The position numbers and the translations under genes are program-made. 64,000 nucleotides of DNA from Heteronotia binoei. Lineage: Eukaryota. The stretch covers positions 11,408,001-11,472,000 of the forward strand of contig NC_083237.1 of NCBI RefSeq assembly GCF_032191835.1. The letters are read 5' to 3'. The notes below the pieces were generated by a model. The model worked only from the letters and a program-made list of their open reading frames with translations, was not told the origin of the DNA and did no database searches. Shown piece after piece: positions 11,925-24,257 of the stretch. The first letter of the stretch is position 1. Each line of letters starts with the position of its first letter.

Positions 11925-13650
11925 GCTCCTATAAGACCTGTCGGCTGCATTCGATACAGTTGACCACCATTTTGCTGACATGGGGATACAGGGGTCAGCC
12001 TTACAGTGGCTCTCCTCCTCCCTCCAAGGTCGGGGACAAAGGGTGGTGATTGGGGAAACGCTGTCCCAGAGACATCCACTTATTTGTGGAGTGCCCCAGG
12101 GGGCAGTTCTTTCCCCAATGTTGTTTAATATCTATATGCGCTCCCTTGCTCAGATGGTCAGGAGGTATGGGCTGGGTTGTCATCAGTATGCAGATGACAC
12201 CCAGCTCTATCTATTGACGGGTGGCCGGTGCGGCTGCGTCCCGGAGAATCTGGACCTGGAGCTGCAAGCAGTGGTATCATTAGGGGAGGGATGGTGGCTC
12301 AGTGGTAATCTGCTTGATAAGCAGAAGGTCCCAGGTTCAATCCCTTGCATCTCCAAAAAAGGGTCCAGGCAAATAGGTGTGAAAAACCTCAGCTTGAGGC
12401 CCTGGAGAGCCGCTGCCAGTCTGAGAAGACAAGACTGACTTTGATGGACCAAGGGTCTGATTCAGTATAAGGCAGCTTCATATGTCCATATCATGGCTCA
12501 GACTGAGCCAGCTACAGCTGAATCCAACAAAGATGGAGGTTCTCTAAGTCGGAGCAGGCCGGGAAGGATGATCCCTCTACCAGCCTTTGATGGGACACCA
12601 TTGATGCCAGCGTCGAAGGTTAAGAGCTTGGGAGTCCTTCTGGAGTCCTCCTTAACTATGGAGGCCCAAGTAGCAGCCACTGCCAGAGCCGCTTTTTTCA
12701 CCGTTGGCGAACACGGCAGTTGGTCTCCTACCTTGAGCGAGGCAACTTAGCAATGGTGAGCCATGCCTCAGTCACCTCAATAATTGATTACTGTAATCAT
12801 CTCTACATGGGGCTGCCCTTGACTCGGATTTGGAAGCTGCAGCTGGTGCAGAATGCTGCAGCCAGGCTACTAATGGGGCTTCCTCGTCAGGAGCACATTC
12901 AGCCTGTGCTGAGAGCACTGCACTGGCTGCCTGTTGTGTACCAAATCCGTTTCAAGGTCCTGGTATTAACCTTCAAAGCCCTATATGGCCTAGGACCTAC
13001 CTATCTGCAGGACCGCCTTGCCCCACATGTTCCCCAGAGAGCCCTGCAATCAAGCTCTTAAAATCTTCTGGCTGTCCCTGGGCTAAAAGAGGCTAGGCTT
13101 AATTCCACCAGAGCAAGAGCCTTCTCGGTTGCGGCCCCAATACTTTGGAACACCCTCCCAGAAGCCATCAGGGTCCTGCGGGATTTATCGCGGTTCTGCA
13201 GGGCCTGCAAGACTAAACTGTTTCGGATGGCATATAGCATCTAACGGGAGAGGGCTGCTCCCGCATCTGGATCTGTTGCACTTTAGTACTAACTGCCTAG
13301 GATCTGTGCACGTGAGAAGGAAGACATTACATGATCCGCCTGAAGTAGCACCATTGCCATTTATCTGATTGTTTTATTGTTCTATTGTTTTAATATTGCT
13401 TTTGTTTACTATTTTACGTTGTTAGCCACCTTGGGTCTGTATAGAATGGGCGGGATATAAATAGAACATAAATAACGTTTATTTATGTTGCACTTTTTAA
13501 AATGTGTTTAATGTTTTAATTTCTTAACTATGTAAATTGCTATTATATTTAAAATTTGAATTCTATGTTAGAATCCTTGTATTGTAAGCCGCCCTGAGCC
13601 CGCTTTGGTGGGGTAGGGCGGGATATAAATCAAATAAATAAACAAATTTA
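11925..13650 (+). mobile_element. L2 LINE, 5'-truncated, RT domain to 3' tail, with frameshifts
   Basis: GVPQGAVLSPMLFNIYM, HQYADDTQLYL, IDYCN..LQLVQNAAARLL..LHWLPV..FKVLVLTFKAL; two successive L2-type 3' ends near 13420-13470 and 13580-13650. Confidence 0.93.
12281..12488 (+). mobile_element. tRNA-derived SINE, family A, inserted in the L2 RT region
   Basis: Flanked by tatcat at 12275-12280 and 12489-12494; removal restores LQAVVSWLRLSQL. Confidence 0.9.
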
Positions 13651-14124
13651 AAAAAAAAATAAACGAGGGCAAGTCAAACCCAGAGAAAGCTCAGAGAAAA
13701 CCTAGGTGGAGGTCCAGGTGTGGAAGGGACTCTTATGTTCTTGTGATTTTCTATGTGTGTGCCATTTTTTGGTTCCTCACACTAAGCTTTCCTTATAGAA
13801 TAAATGCTTTTTTTTTTACATCAATAAATGTCCATTATAGATTTCATGTATAACTTCAGATAAATTATGTACATTGTGTAGATAACAGGAAAAGCCTGGG
13901 GTAAGCCCTGGTCCCTTACACAACCTGCTTTATAGAACATGAAGCAGTGCTCCGACAAGGTGACCAGAAATTATCATGGTATATATTTTTAGAATACTTT
14001 TCCCCTTGAAAGAACTGTCTCTTTTAGTAATTGAATCATGAGTAATAACATATAACTATGAAAAAAAAAGGGTTGGAACACAGGATTGTCACCAGAAGGA
14101 GGCTTTTTTTTTTAATATAGCAGT

Positions 14125-14633
14125 TAGGGTTGCCAAGTCCAATTCAAGAAATATCTGGGGGCTTTGGGGGTGGAGCCAGGAGACTTTGGGGGTGGAGCCC
14201 TGATCAAGGCCGTGACAAGCATAAATGAACTCCAAAGGGAGTTCTGGCCATCACATTGAAAAGGGACGGCACACCTTTTCAATTCCTTCCTTCCATAGGA
14301 AATGATGAAGGATAGGGGCACTTTCTTTTGGGGCTCATAGAATTGGACCCCCTGGTCCAATCTTTTTGAAACTTGGGGGGTATTTTGGGGAGAGGCACTA
14401 GATGCTATACTGAAAATTTGGTGCCTCTACCCCAAAAAACAGCCCCCCCAGAGCCCCAGATACCCGCAGATCTATTCTCCATGATTTTCTATGGGAATAA
14501 ATCTCCATAGGGAACAATAGAGTTCCCAGCAGACATTTCCCTCCCCTCCCCCTGCTTTCTGATGACCCTGAAGCGAGGGGAGGGTCTCCAAACCAGGAGA
14601 TCCCCTGCCCCCACCTGGGGATTGGCAACCCTA
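14125..14633. mobile_element. hAT-type MITE (TAGGGTTGCCA TIR family), 509 bp
   Basis: TIRs tagggttgccaa / ttggcaacccta; perfect 8-bp TSD atagcagt (14117-14124, 14634-14641). Confidence 0.93.
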
Positions 14634-15420
14634 ATAGCAGTTTCCTTTTGTTGTTGCCATCATTGTTGCTTTGGGTAAGAAGGAGTCTCTCAGCTCAAAT
14701 AAAATTGAACTTAATATGTTTCAATGGATGCTTATTAACATATAACATGTTAACCTTTGCCAGAATTTATAAGAGTCACTCCAGTTAATAATTTTAGATA
14801 TAGAAAAGAAGGGACCCAGCATAGAGGAAATCCCATTTTCCTCTCCCCCTGCCAGGCCAAGACTCCTTGTTGTACATCCTCTCGCCTGCTAATGTAAGTG
14901 TTTGGAAGAGAAACGAGAGGCACAGGTAGGAAAGGCCTCCCACCTCCCTGTTGCAGAAGGGATACGTATCACAGTTTTGATTATATTGACATATATATTA
15001 TATTGCTGCCAGGCTCTAGGGAGTACTCCCTCCAGGGCAGGGGGTAAGGGAAGCAGAGGTAGACTGGGAGGTCAAAACAGACTTCCCTGAACTCTGTGTG
15101 TGCATATTTGTTTCATTTATTTCCCTTCAAACCTGGGGTTCTTCTCAGATTTGCATAAAGACTTGTCTTGCCAGTTCATGGCTCCTGTCTCTGGATTTAT
15201 GTATCCACAGATGGATCCATTTAGAGAATTAGGCATACTGATTTTATTTGTGTTGGTTTGATACAAAGTTATGATTCCGAAAACTTAAATTATATATAAG
15301 TTTTGTAAACTCAATCTAACAAAGACGACAAAAGGAATTTAACGCAAACTACATACTTGGTTTTCTAGCTTCCGGCTCCCTTTCTGCACACTTCCTGTAC
15401 ACTTTCTGCTCTGGTCCCAC

Positions 15421-15917
15421 TAGGCTTCCCAATCCCCAGGTCCCAGAGGGGGATCCCCTGGTTTTACAGGCTTTCCCCCTCCCCCAACCAGTTGGCCGGC
15501 AGGGGAAGCCCCACCCCCCACAGCCAGTATGCACCTCCATGAACGATTCCCATAGGGAATGATGGGGAATTGATCTGCGGGTATCGGGGGCTCTGGGGGG
15601 GCTGTTTTTTGAGATAGAGGCACCAAATTTTCAGTATAGCATCTAGTGCCTCTCCCCAAAATACCTCCCAAGTTTCAAAAAGATTGGACCAGGGGGTCCA
15701 ATTCTATAAGCCCCAAAAGAAGGTGCCCCTATCCTTCATTATTTCCTATGGAAGGAAGGCATTTAAAAAGATGTGCAGTCCCTTTAAATGTGATGGCCAG
15801 AACTCCCTTGAAGTTCAATTATGCTTGTCACACCCTTGCTCTTGGCTCCACCCCAATATCTCCTGGCTCCACCCCCAAAGTCCCCAGATATTTCTTGAAT
15901 TGGACTTGGCAACCCTA
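15421..15917. mobile_element. hAT-type MITE, same family, opposite orientation
   Basis: Perfect 8-bp TSD ggtcccac (15413-15420, 15918-15925). Confidence 0.93.
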
Positions 15918-16334
15918 GGTCCCACCAAGATACTGGTGGTGGCAGTGGCTGTGCTGAATATCAAAGGAGAAATCATGCAGGATGAACATCCTCTCTGAGC
16001 AGTCCGTCAACCAGCTGATGGACATATCAAAGCATTACCAGTCAGCTGGGACCAGCATGAATGTGTAGGAATGCTCCAGACCTTCCTTCACAGTGTCACC
16101 AGCCTGCTCAGAAAAGGGAATTTTGGGGAGGGTTCCCTAGAAACCTACAAAATAAAGTGTGAAACCTTGCAATAATATCAGCCCCCCACTCTTGTTAGCT
16201 AAGTTGTTGTACCTGTACAAAACCAGACATTATTAATCCATATCTTCATTTCTTCCTTTCTAGATTTGTGTGTGTGTGTGTGTGACAAATCTCCAGATTC
16301 AATACCTTGTCCAATTGCGTAGATGTTTTTATCA

Positions 16335-16430
16335 TAAGAACATAAAAGAAGCCATGTTGGATCAGGCCAGCGGCCCGTTCAGTCCAACACCCTGTGTCAC
16401 ACAGTGGCCCCCCCAAAAAAAGCCAGGTTC
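16335..16430 (-). mobile_element. CR1 3' tail fragment
   Basis: ataagaacataaaagaagccatgttggatcaggcc..gtcacacagtggcc. Confidence 0.8.
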
Positions 16431-17002
16431 AGGAGGATAAAAGAACCAATAGTGGATGGTTTGGTTAATGTATAGCAGCTAAAATATTGAGTCATGGGGC
16501 TTCTCAAAAAAGTAACAAATACTTTATAGTTTTTAAGATACTGTTGGGATTATTGTTTTAGCAACGTGTACTTGACATTGTAAATAGCATCGTTATATCC
16601 CAGCATTAAAAAGGGGCTTCCTGGGTGTTCTAAGCAGAAGGCTCTTGATAATAAGTTCACTCCTTAACATTTAGGGAAAAGATTCTAGGTAGGCATTACA
16701 AGGACACACTGCTCTGGGCAAAGCTAACTGAATGACAGAACTGCATGTGTGCTTGACATGGGATGAAGGAAATATGTAACTTTTGGAATGGAGATGCTTG
16801 ACCAAATGCGCTTGTCTCTTATTAACGGACGTGTCCTTCAGTGCTTTAAATCAAGGAGAGTCACTAGCCAGGTCGCGTTGTCCATCCCACCTAGTTTGGG
16901 ATTTTCGAGTGAGTTCTTCTTTAATCACCCGTGAAATCAGAGAGTAGCTGTGTTCGTCTGCAGTAAAACAGCCAGAATCGAGTCTTGTAGCATATGAAGA
17001 GT

Positions 17003-17218
17003 CAGGGCTTTTTTGTAGCAGGAACTCCTTTGCATATTAGGCCACACACCCTTGAAGTAGCCAGTCCTCCAAGAGCTTGGAATTCTAGCAAGGGCTCCTT
17101 TGCATATTAGGCCACACACCCCTGAAGTAGCCAATCCTCCAAGAGCTTGGAATTCTAGCAGGGGTTCCTTTGCATATTAGGCCACACACCCCTGAAGTAG
17201 CCAATCCTCCAAGAGCCA
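17003..17218. repeat. Three tandem 70-bp units derived from a short cagggc-ended DNA element
   Basis: tttgcatattaggccacacacc at 17029, 17099 and 17169; non-tandem relatives near 18060-18150, 44571-44746 and 54990-55080. Confidence 0.8.
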
Positions 17219-17219
17219 G

Positions 17220-17520
17220 CTATTTATTTATTTATTTTATTCGATTTTTAGCCTGCCCTTCCCATAGGACAGGCTCGGGGCGGGTTACATCATAAAAACA
17301 ATCGACAATAAAAGACCAATTTAAATATATAACATCTAAAATGACAAAATGACTAAAATGGCAGGTTCTGCCTCACAGACATGACCTGTTGTTCAGGTCC
17401 AGTAGATCTTATAGTACTGGGATGGAACGCAGTGGGAAGGCCAGTAACAAGTGATGTTCACGGCCTCAGCTGAAAGCCTGGCAAAAGAGCTCCGTTTTAT
17501 ATTTGGGCTGCTGCGAAACC
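17220..17520 (-). mobile_element. L2 3' fragment
   Basis: (ttta)n tail followed by gcctgcccttccc..ggctcggggcgggttaca, the reverse complement of an L2 3' end. Confidence 0.7.
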
Positions 17521-17527
17521 CACCACT

Positions 17528-18041
17528 TAGGGTTGCCAAGTTCAATTCAAGAAATATCTGGGGACTTTGGGGGTGGAGCCAGGAGATATTAGGGGTGGAG
17601 CCAAGATCAAGGCTGTGACAAGCATCATTGAACTCCAAAGGGAGTTCTGGCCATCACATTTAAAGGGACGGCACACCTTTTCAATTCCTTCCTTCCATAG
17701 GAAATAATGAAGGATAGGGGCACCTTCTTTTAGGGCTCATAGAATTGGACCCCCTGGTCCAATCTTTTTTTAAACTTGGGGGGGTATTTTGGGGAGAGGC
17801 ACTAGATGGTATACTGAAAATTTGGTGCCTCTGCCTCAAAAAAACAGCCCCCCCCCCCCGAGCCCCAGATACCCGCAGATCAATTCTCCATGATTTTCTA
17901 TGGGAATAAATCTCCACATGGAATAATAGAGTTCCCAGCAGACATTTCCCTCCCCTCTCCCCGCTTTCTGATGACCCTGAAGCAGGGGAGGGTCTCCAAA
18001 CCGGGGGATCCTCTGCCCCCACCTGGGGATTGGCAACCCTA
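17528..18041. mobile_element. hAT-type MITE, TAGGGTTGCCA family
   Basis: Perfect 8-bp TSD ccaccact (17520-17527, 18042-18049). Confidence 0.93.
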
Positions 18042-18385
18042 CCACCACTTGCCCCCTTACAGGGCCTACTGTAAGCTCCTGCAGGATTGGCTACATCAGG
18101 GGTGTGTTATCTACTATGCAAAGGAGTTCCTGCTACAAAAAAAAGCCCTGATAAGAAACAAGATAATCTTTTTTTAGGGGGGGGGGAAATGGTGTTAAGC
18201 TTTCAAGTGTTAAATCTTCCCTCCTCCCCCCCCCCCCAACCCTGTTGGTGTCAAACAAGCCATGGGACTCAAATCTCTCTATTTTACACCAAGGTTACAC
18301 ACAGGTTGGGATTTATTGACTAACAATTACACCTGCTAATCCCAATAATTTTCTTCCCCTTTTTACTCCCTAATCTAGAGCAGAC

Positions 18386-19339
18386 ATGGAATACAACCAA
18401 ACCACAATAAGCGAGTTCATACTTCAGGGATTCACTGACGTTCTCGCACTGCGACTGTTGTTGTTCACTGTCCTGTTCTTCTCCTACCTTCTGACAATCA
18501 CTGGGAACGCTGCCATTATCACCATTTCTCATATCGATCGCCGACTACACACCCCAATGTATTTTTTCCTTTGGAACTTCTCTCTCTTAGAAATTGGCTT
18601 CACCACTGCTATCGTTCCCCAAACTTTGACCCAGCTGGCAACGGGAAATAAAAATATTTCCTATTCTGGGTGCATGTTACAGTCTTTCTTGTACTTCCAA
18701 CTAGGCACCTCCGAGTTCTTCCTCTTAGCCATTATGTCATTTGATCGCTATGTGGCCATTTGCAATCCCTTGCACTATCCAACCATCATGAACAATCGTA
18801 TTTGTACTTTTCTGATTCTGTTTTCTTGGCTTGGCAGTTTTCTCCTAATTATTGGGCCGTCCCTACTTTTCCTCCAGGTTCCAATGTGTGGTTCAAATAT
18901 CCTTAACCATTTCTTCTGTGACAACGCACCTTTGATTAAAATCCTTTGCGGCGACACACAACTACTAAGGTTTCTTGGATTTGTTACAGCTGTGTTTTCC
19001 GTACTGGGCAGCTTGAGCATTACCGTGGTCTCCTACGTCAATATCATCAAGAGTGTTTTACGCATCCCTTCTGCATCAGGGAGGCAGAAGACCTTTTCTA
19101 CCTGCGCCTCTCACTTCATCGTGGTGTCCATCACCTATGGGAGTTGTATATTCTTGTATATCAAACCAACTCAGAACAGTAAATTAGAGCTTAGCAAAAT
19201 GGTGGCCATTCTAAACACCATGGTATCCCCTTTGCTCAACCCCTTCATATACTGCTTGAGGAACAAACAGGTCCAGGAGGCCTGGAGAGATGCCTTGGTA
19301 AGGTTCACTGCCATGGTTAAAGGGACAGGAAATCCCTGA
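18386..19339 (+). CDS. Olfactory receptor, class II (family 6-like), intact, 317 aa
   Basis: N-glycan sequon NQT, GN in TM1, [45 protein letters not shown]; AG acceptor at 18377-18378 just upstream of the ATG. Confidence 0.96.
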   Translation: MEYNQTTISEFILQGFTDVLALRLLLFTVLFFSYLLTITGNAAIITISHIDRRLHTPMYFFLWNFSLLEIGFTTAIVPQTLTQLATGNKNISYSGCMLQSFLYFQLGTSEFFLLAIMSFDRYVAICNPLHYPTIMNNRICTFLILFSWLGSFLLIIGPSLLFLQVPMCGSNILNHFFCDNAPLIKILCGDTQLLRFLGFVTAVFSVLGSLSITVVSYVNIIKSVLRIPSASGRQKTFSTCASHFIVVSITYGSCIFLYIKPTQNSKLELSKMVAILNTMVSPLLNPFIYCLRNKQVQEAWRDALVRFTAMVKGTGNP

Positions 19340-20029
19340 CAAGACAAAGAAGTGAAGGAAGATATGCTACGCCAGGGCAAAATGGATATGGAAAACGGCG
19401 GTATCTTTGACTTTGCTGAAACTCTGCCTGAACAAATGAAAATGTCGGGCTGGATCCTGACTAAATTTGTCACGGATTGAAGCCATTTCAATTCACGTGA
19501 TGAAAACTTCCCTGCCTCTCCCCCCCCTCTGCAGCCCACTGTTTCCCCCAAAGTGCTTCTTCTATGGGAAATGAGCAGGCTGCAGTGGCAATGCGGAAAC
19601 AGAAAAGTTTGATACCCAACAATGCAAAAGCCTTCCAATGGCTGAAATTGAATTTTGGGTCCTACTCATTGTATTCTAGCTTGCATTACTATTCATTGTT
19701 GGCTTGTTGCTGGAGTACAGTGGTTTTCAAATCCCCTCGCTGGACAGAGTCCTTTGCAGATTCCACCGTATACCCAAGAACATGCCTGTGTTGCAAAAGA
19801 ATTGGGGGGGGGGGGGGTGAGTGTTCACCCTTGGCTGCAGATGTCCTCTTTGCCTTTTGGAGATTTCCATCTTAACCATGGGAAAGGAGACTGTACCTCG
19901 AACAGAGATAATATCAATAAATTTTTTAAAAAAACAACCAGTGTTGCATTGTAATGTTGTATTGTGTGGGGAAGTCAGTGCTGACAAGAAAGCTCCCTTT
20001 TAGAGAAGGTTGTCTGCTACTGCATATTG

Positions 20030-20369
20030 CAGTGACCCCAAACCTTTTTTGGCACCAGGGACCGGCCCCAGGGTGAGTCAGACCACCGAGGTCCCAGGGT
20101 TGGAAGAGTGGGAGCGCTGAATTTTCCCCTCCCACTGATCACCTGATCAGTGGGAAAAACCACACCAAAGGCCAGGCTCCTATGCCCCTCTGGTGCACTC
20201 ACGATCAGCGCTGGGGGCAGCAGCAGCGAGCAACCTGCTGAAAAAATGGCGGCACCCTTGCCTCCTTCCCACTTCCTTCCTGGACGGGGCAGCAAGGCCC
20301 TGCGCAGCCCGGTTGCTAATAGGCCGCGGACCGCTACTGATCCGTGGCCCAGGGGGTTGGGGACCCCTG
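20030..20369. mobile_element. hAT/Charlie-like MITE
   Basis: cagtgaccccaaacc ... ggttggggacccctg; TSD gcatattg / gcttattg (1 mismatch). Confidence 0.8.
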
Positions 20370-20398
20370 GCTTATTGTATCTTTGAAAATGCTTAAGG

Positions 20399-20712
20399 CA
20401 GGGGTGGCCAAACTTGCTTCACGAAAGAGCCGCATAGAATAAATGTCAGATGTCCGAGAGCCACAAAACATGGCCACCAGATGTTTGAGAGCCACAAAAC
20501 AGGAAGGAAGGCAAATAGATGGGAGGAGGGAGGAGACGTGGAAAGAAAGCAACTTTAAATGCAAGCCGCTGGCTGGTTTGGCTTGGCGAAGTGATTTAAA
20601 GAGAGAAATGCCTTTTCTAAGTCAGCCAATGGAGTAGTAGGGGCTTTGAGAGCCACACAATAAGTGTGAAAGAGCCACATTTGGCTCCCAAGCCACAATT
20701 TGGCCACCCCTG
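20399..20712. mobile_element. hAT-like MITE (caggggtggccaa TIR)
   Basis: TIR caggggtggccaaa / tttggccacccctg; TSD gcttaagg / gcttaaag. Confidence 0.85.
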
Positions 20713-20804
20713 GCTTAAAGACTGCCTTTGCCATATGAACCTACCCATTCAATCCAGTCACCTTTGGAGGCCCTGCTACTGGTGCCCCTGTCATCTGAGC
20801 CTAG

Positions 20805-20930
20805 ATAGAATCATAGAGTTGGAAGGGACCTTCAGGGCCATCTAGTCCAATCCATTGCATAACACAGGGAATTCACAACTACCCCACCCACCCACCCACA
20901 GTCCCCGGGCTCCATGTTCAAAAGATGACA
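20805..20930 (-). mobile_element. Second CR1 family, 3' tail
   Basis: tagaatcatagagttggaagggacc..ccatctagtccaa; similar pieces near 35420-35500, 41425-41460 and 50300-50580. Confidence 0.7.
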
Positions 20931-21630
20931 ACCCCCCCCCCCAAAAAAAATAAATTCTGTTTTTAATTCCTTTGTTTTAATGCAGAGTTTTAAATGTCTG
21001 TTGCTGTGATCTAAAATGTAGGCCTGTACAAGAAGGAGGGTGGGGCTGGATGGGTGAGTGAAGGGTGTTATAACTAGATGGTAGCTGTACCCAAGGGGGC
21101 AGAGTTGACTGTTTTGATCAGAGAGTTTTTTGTGTGGAAGTGGGTGCTGAGCAGTGTGTGTGTGTGAAGGAAGGAGCTTGAGTGAGGTGCTACTGAGTGC
21201 TGTGAGAGAAATCTGTGATCTGTGTGGGAGTTATTCGCCTGGGTGACAAGTGAAGAAAAAGTCTTCTTGGAGGTTATGAGCCTAAGCGGAAAGTGAAGGA
21301 AATAAATCTGTGAGGAAGTTATTAATCTGTGTGGTAAATTGGGAAATTAAGCTTTGTGGAAGTTCCTGGCTTAAGTGGAAAGTGAGAAAATAAGCCGATG
21401 CGGCTAGGCCTATTTTAAGAACCATTACACTTGTGCACATAAATGAAGCCATTATATTTATTAACCATACAGAAACCATAGCACTGTTTTACATATACAA
21501 CTCTATTCATATTTAAGAAAAACAACTGCTTATATTATAGAATAATGTTTGAGTAAAGTGGCACCTTTAACACCAACAAAGGCTTATTTCTGTGGCTGGC
21601 TTGGTGGGAACCAATACAATCTGTCTGAGT

Positions 21631-22127
21631 TAGGGTTGTCAAGTCCAGTTCAAGGAATATCTGGGGACTTTGGGGGTGAAGCCAGGAGACTTTGGGGGTG
21701 GAGCCAGGAGGAAGGTTGCGACAAGTATAATTTAATTCCAAAGGGAGTACTGGCCATCACATTAAAAGGGACGGCACACCTTTTAAATGCCTTCCCTTCG
21801 TTGGAAATAATGAAGGATAGGGGCACTTTCTTTGGTGGCTCATAGAATTGGACCCTTTTTGAAACTTGGAGGGTATTTTAGGGAGAGGCACTGGATGCTA
21901 AGCTGCAAATGTTGTGCCTCTACCTCAAAAAACAGCCCCCCCCCAAAGCCCTAGATACTCATGGATCAGTTTTCCATCATACCCTATAGGAATCAGTCTT
22001 CATAGGGAATAATGGAGTACCCAGCAGACATTTCCCTCCCCCACCCCACTTTCTGATGACCGTGAAGTGGGGGGAGGGCCTCCAAACTGGGGGATCCCCT
22101 GCCCCCATCTGGGGATTGGCAGCCCTA
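21631..22127. mobile_element. hAT-type MITE, TAGGGTTGCCA family
   Basis: TSD gtctgagt / ggctgagt (1 mismatch). Confidence 0.9.
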
Positions 22128-22256
22128 GGCTGAGTCCCAGCATCTCCATGGACGACGCTAGGTCCTGAGCCTGCAAGGATGCAGCATTGTCAACATGGAT
22201 CTTGAAATCCCCCAGGGCCAATGGTCTGGGGAAGTCCAATGCCCGGGCCAATAACT
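22128..22256 (-). mobile_element. L2 endonuclease-domain fragment
   Basis: Minus translation LALGDFKIHVDNAASLQAQDLASSMEMLGLS (APE LGDFNIHVD-like motif). Confidence 0.6.
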
Positions 22257-22359
22257 GCATTTTAAACCACTATGCCATGCTGTCTGTGTATAATGACATC
22301 AGACATGCATGGAGGCAAGAATTAGAACTAGTGAAGTCCCCATCTCTGACAGTCCTATT

Positions 22360-22640
22360 TCATAAGAACATAAGAGAAGCCATGTTGGGTCAGGCCAATG
22401 GCCCATCCAGTCCAGCACTCTGTGTCACACAGTGGCCAAAGAAAAAGGAGGTTCACAAGTGGAGCTAGAAGCCCTTCCACTTTGCCTCCCCCCCACCCCA
22501 AGCATCAAGAATACAGAGCATCACTGCCCCAGACAGTTCCAATAATATGCTGTGGCTAATAGCCACTGGTGGACCTCTGCTCCAGATGTTTATCCAATCC
22601 CCTCTTGAAGCTGGCTATGCTTGTAGCTGCTACTATTGTA
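22360..22640 (-). mobile_element. CR1 3' UTR fragment
   Basis: ataagaacataagagaagccatgttgg tail and CR1 3' UTR. Confidence 0.85.
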
Positions 22641-23199
22641 GCCATCACCATTTCTGAATTTCATCGTCAACAGACGATCAAGGTTCTCAGGCAGGGATGC
22701 AGATCTGGGAGCACTTGCCACCTAGAAAACTTGTTAGAATCATCAGCCTTACAAAGTGCCATTCCCATAAAACCCTGACAAGGGCTTCCAATGCCATAGG
22801 TACTTAATTGCCAACTGAACAAGATACTCCCAAGATGCCAGAGGTTCTCCTGACAATCTATGCAGAGCAATGTTTCAAAGCTTAACAATACTCATCCCCC
22901 CACCCGGGTACCTTTATATAAAGCATAAGCTGACATTCTGGAGAGAGGATGAAAGCAAGATACACAGCCATAACAAGGCAACAAGATTCTATGAATGGTC
23001 TTTATTATCACTAATGCCAATATTACATGGTAAGTGTATATTCATGATCCTTAGAACATGGCACTTAATGGTATACCTGAAGTTTCTTTTGACTAAATGT
23101 TCAATTGCACTTGGAGTATTGTAGGTAATCTGATCTGGTACTAAGACTTTGAACCCAGTTATAAATTAAATGTATCTCTCCTAAAGAGATGTCCCTTGA

Positions 23200-23200
23200 C

Positions 23201-23253
<53 letters not shown>
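23200..23253. repeat. Compound microsatellite (AT)n(AC)n
   Basis: Directly visible. Confidence 0.95.
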
Positions 23254-23274
23254 TAAACTTATGAGAAAACTCTT

Positions 23275-24257
23275 AAGAACATAAGAACATAAGAGAAGCC
23301 ATGTTAGATCAGGCCAATGGCCCATCCAGTCCAACATTCNNNNNNNNNNNNNNNNNNNNNNNNNNNNNNNNNNNNNNNNNNNNNNNNNNNNNNNNNNNNN
23401 NNNNNNNNNNNNNNNNNNNNNNNNNNNNNNNNNNNNNNNNNNNNNNNNNNNNNNNNNNNNNNNNNNNNNNGGACCTCTGCTCCATATTTTTATCTAACCC
23501 CTTCTTGAAGGTGGCTACGCTTGTGGACGCCACCACCTCCTGTGGCAGTGAATTCCACATGTTAATCACCCTTTGGGTGAAGAAGTACTTCCTTTTATCC
23601 GTTTTAACCTGTCTGCTCAGCAATTTCATCGAATGCCCACGAGTTCTTGTATTGTGAGAAAGGGAGAAAAGTACTTCTTTCTCTACTTTCTCCATCCCAT
23701 GCATTATCTTGTAAACTTCTATCATGTCACCCCTCAGTCGACGTTTCTCCAAGCTAAAGAGCCCTAAGCGTTTCAACCTTTCTTCATAGGGAAGGTGTTC
23801 CAGCCCTTTAATCATTTTAGTTGCCCTTTTCTGAACTTTCTCCAATGCTATAATATCCTTTTTGAGGTGCGGCGACCAGAACTGCACACAGTACTCCAAA
23901 TGAGACCGCACCATCGATTTATACAGAGGCATTATGATACTGGCTGATTTGTTTTCAATTCCCTTCCTAATAATTCCCAGCATGGCGTTGGCCTTTTTTA
24001 TTGCAAACGCACACTGTCTTGACATTTTCAGTGAATTATCTACCATGACCCCAAGATCTCTCTCTTGGTCTGTCTCTGCCAGTTCACACCCCATCAACTT
24101 GTATTTGTAGCTGGGATTCTTGGCCCCAATGTGCATTACTTTGCACTTGGCCACATTGAACCGCATCTGCCACGTTGACGCCCACTCACCCAGCCTCAAC
24201 AGATCCCTTTGGAGTTCCTCACAATCCTCTCTGGTTCTCACCACCCTGAACAATTTA
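23275..24257 (-). mobile_element. CR1 LINE 3' fragment with open RT C-terminal ORF (spans an N gap)
   Basis: ORF 23309-24253: LQRDLLRLGEWASTWQMRFNVAKCKVMH..ERDLGVMVD..LEYCVQFWSP..RRLRGDMIEVYK. Confidence 0.95.

Noticed and set aside
19171-19638. 155-aa minus-strand ORF overlapping the first OR
   Set aside because: Antisense shadow of the OR 3' end and UTR with no domain features.
21017-21493. TGTA...TACA segment resembling a solo LTR
   Set aside because: No TSD, no second copy, and no PBS or PPT; termini alone are insufficient.
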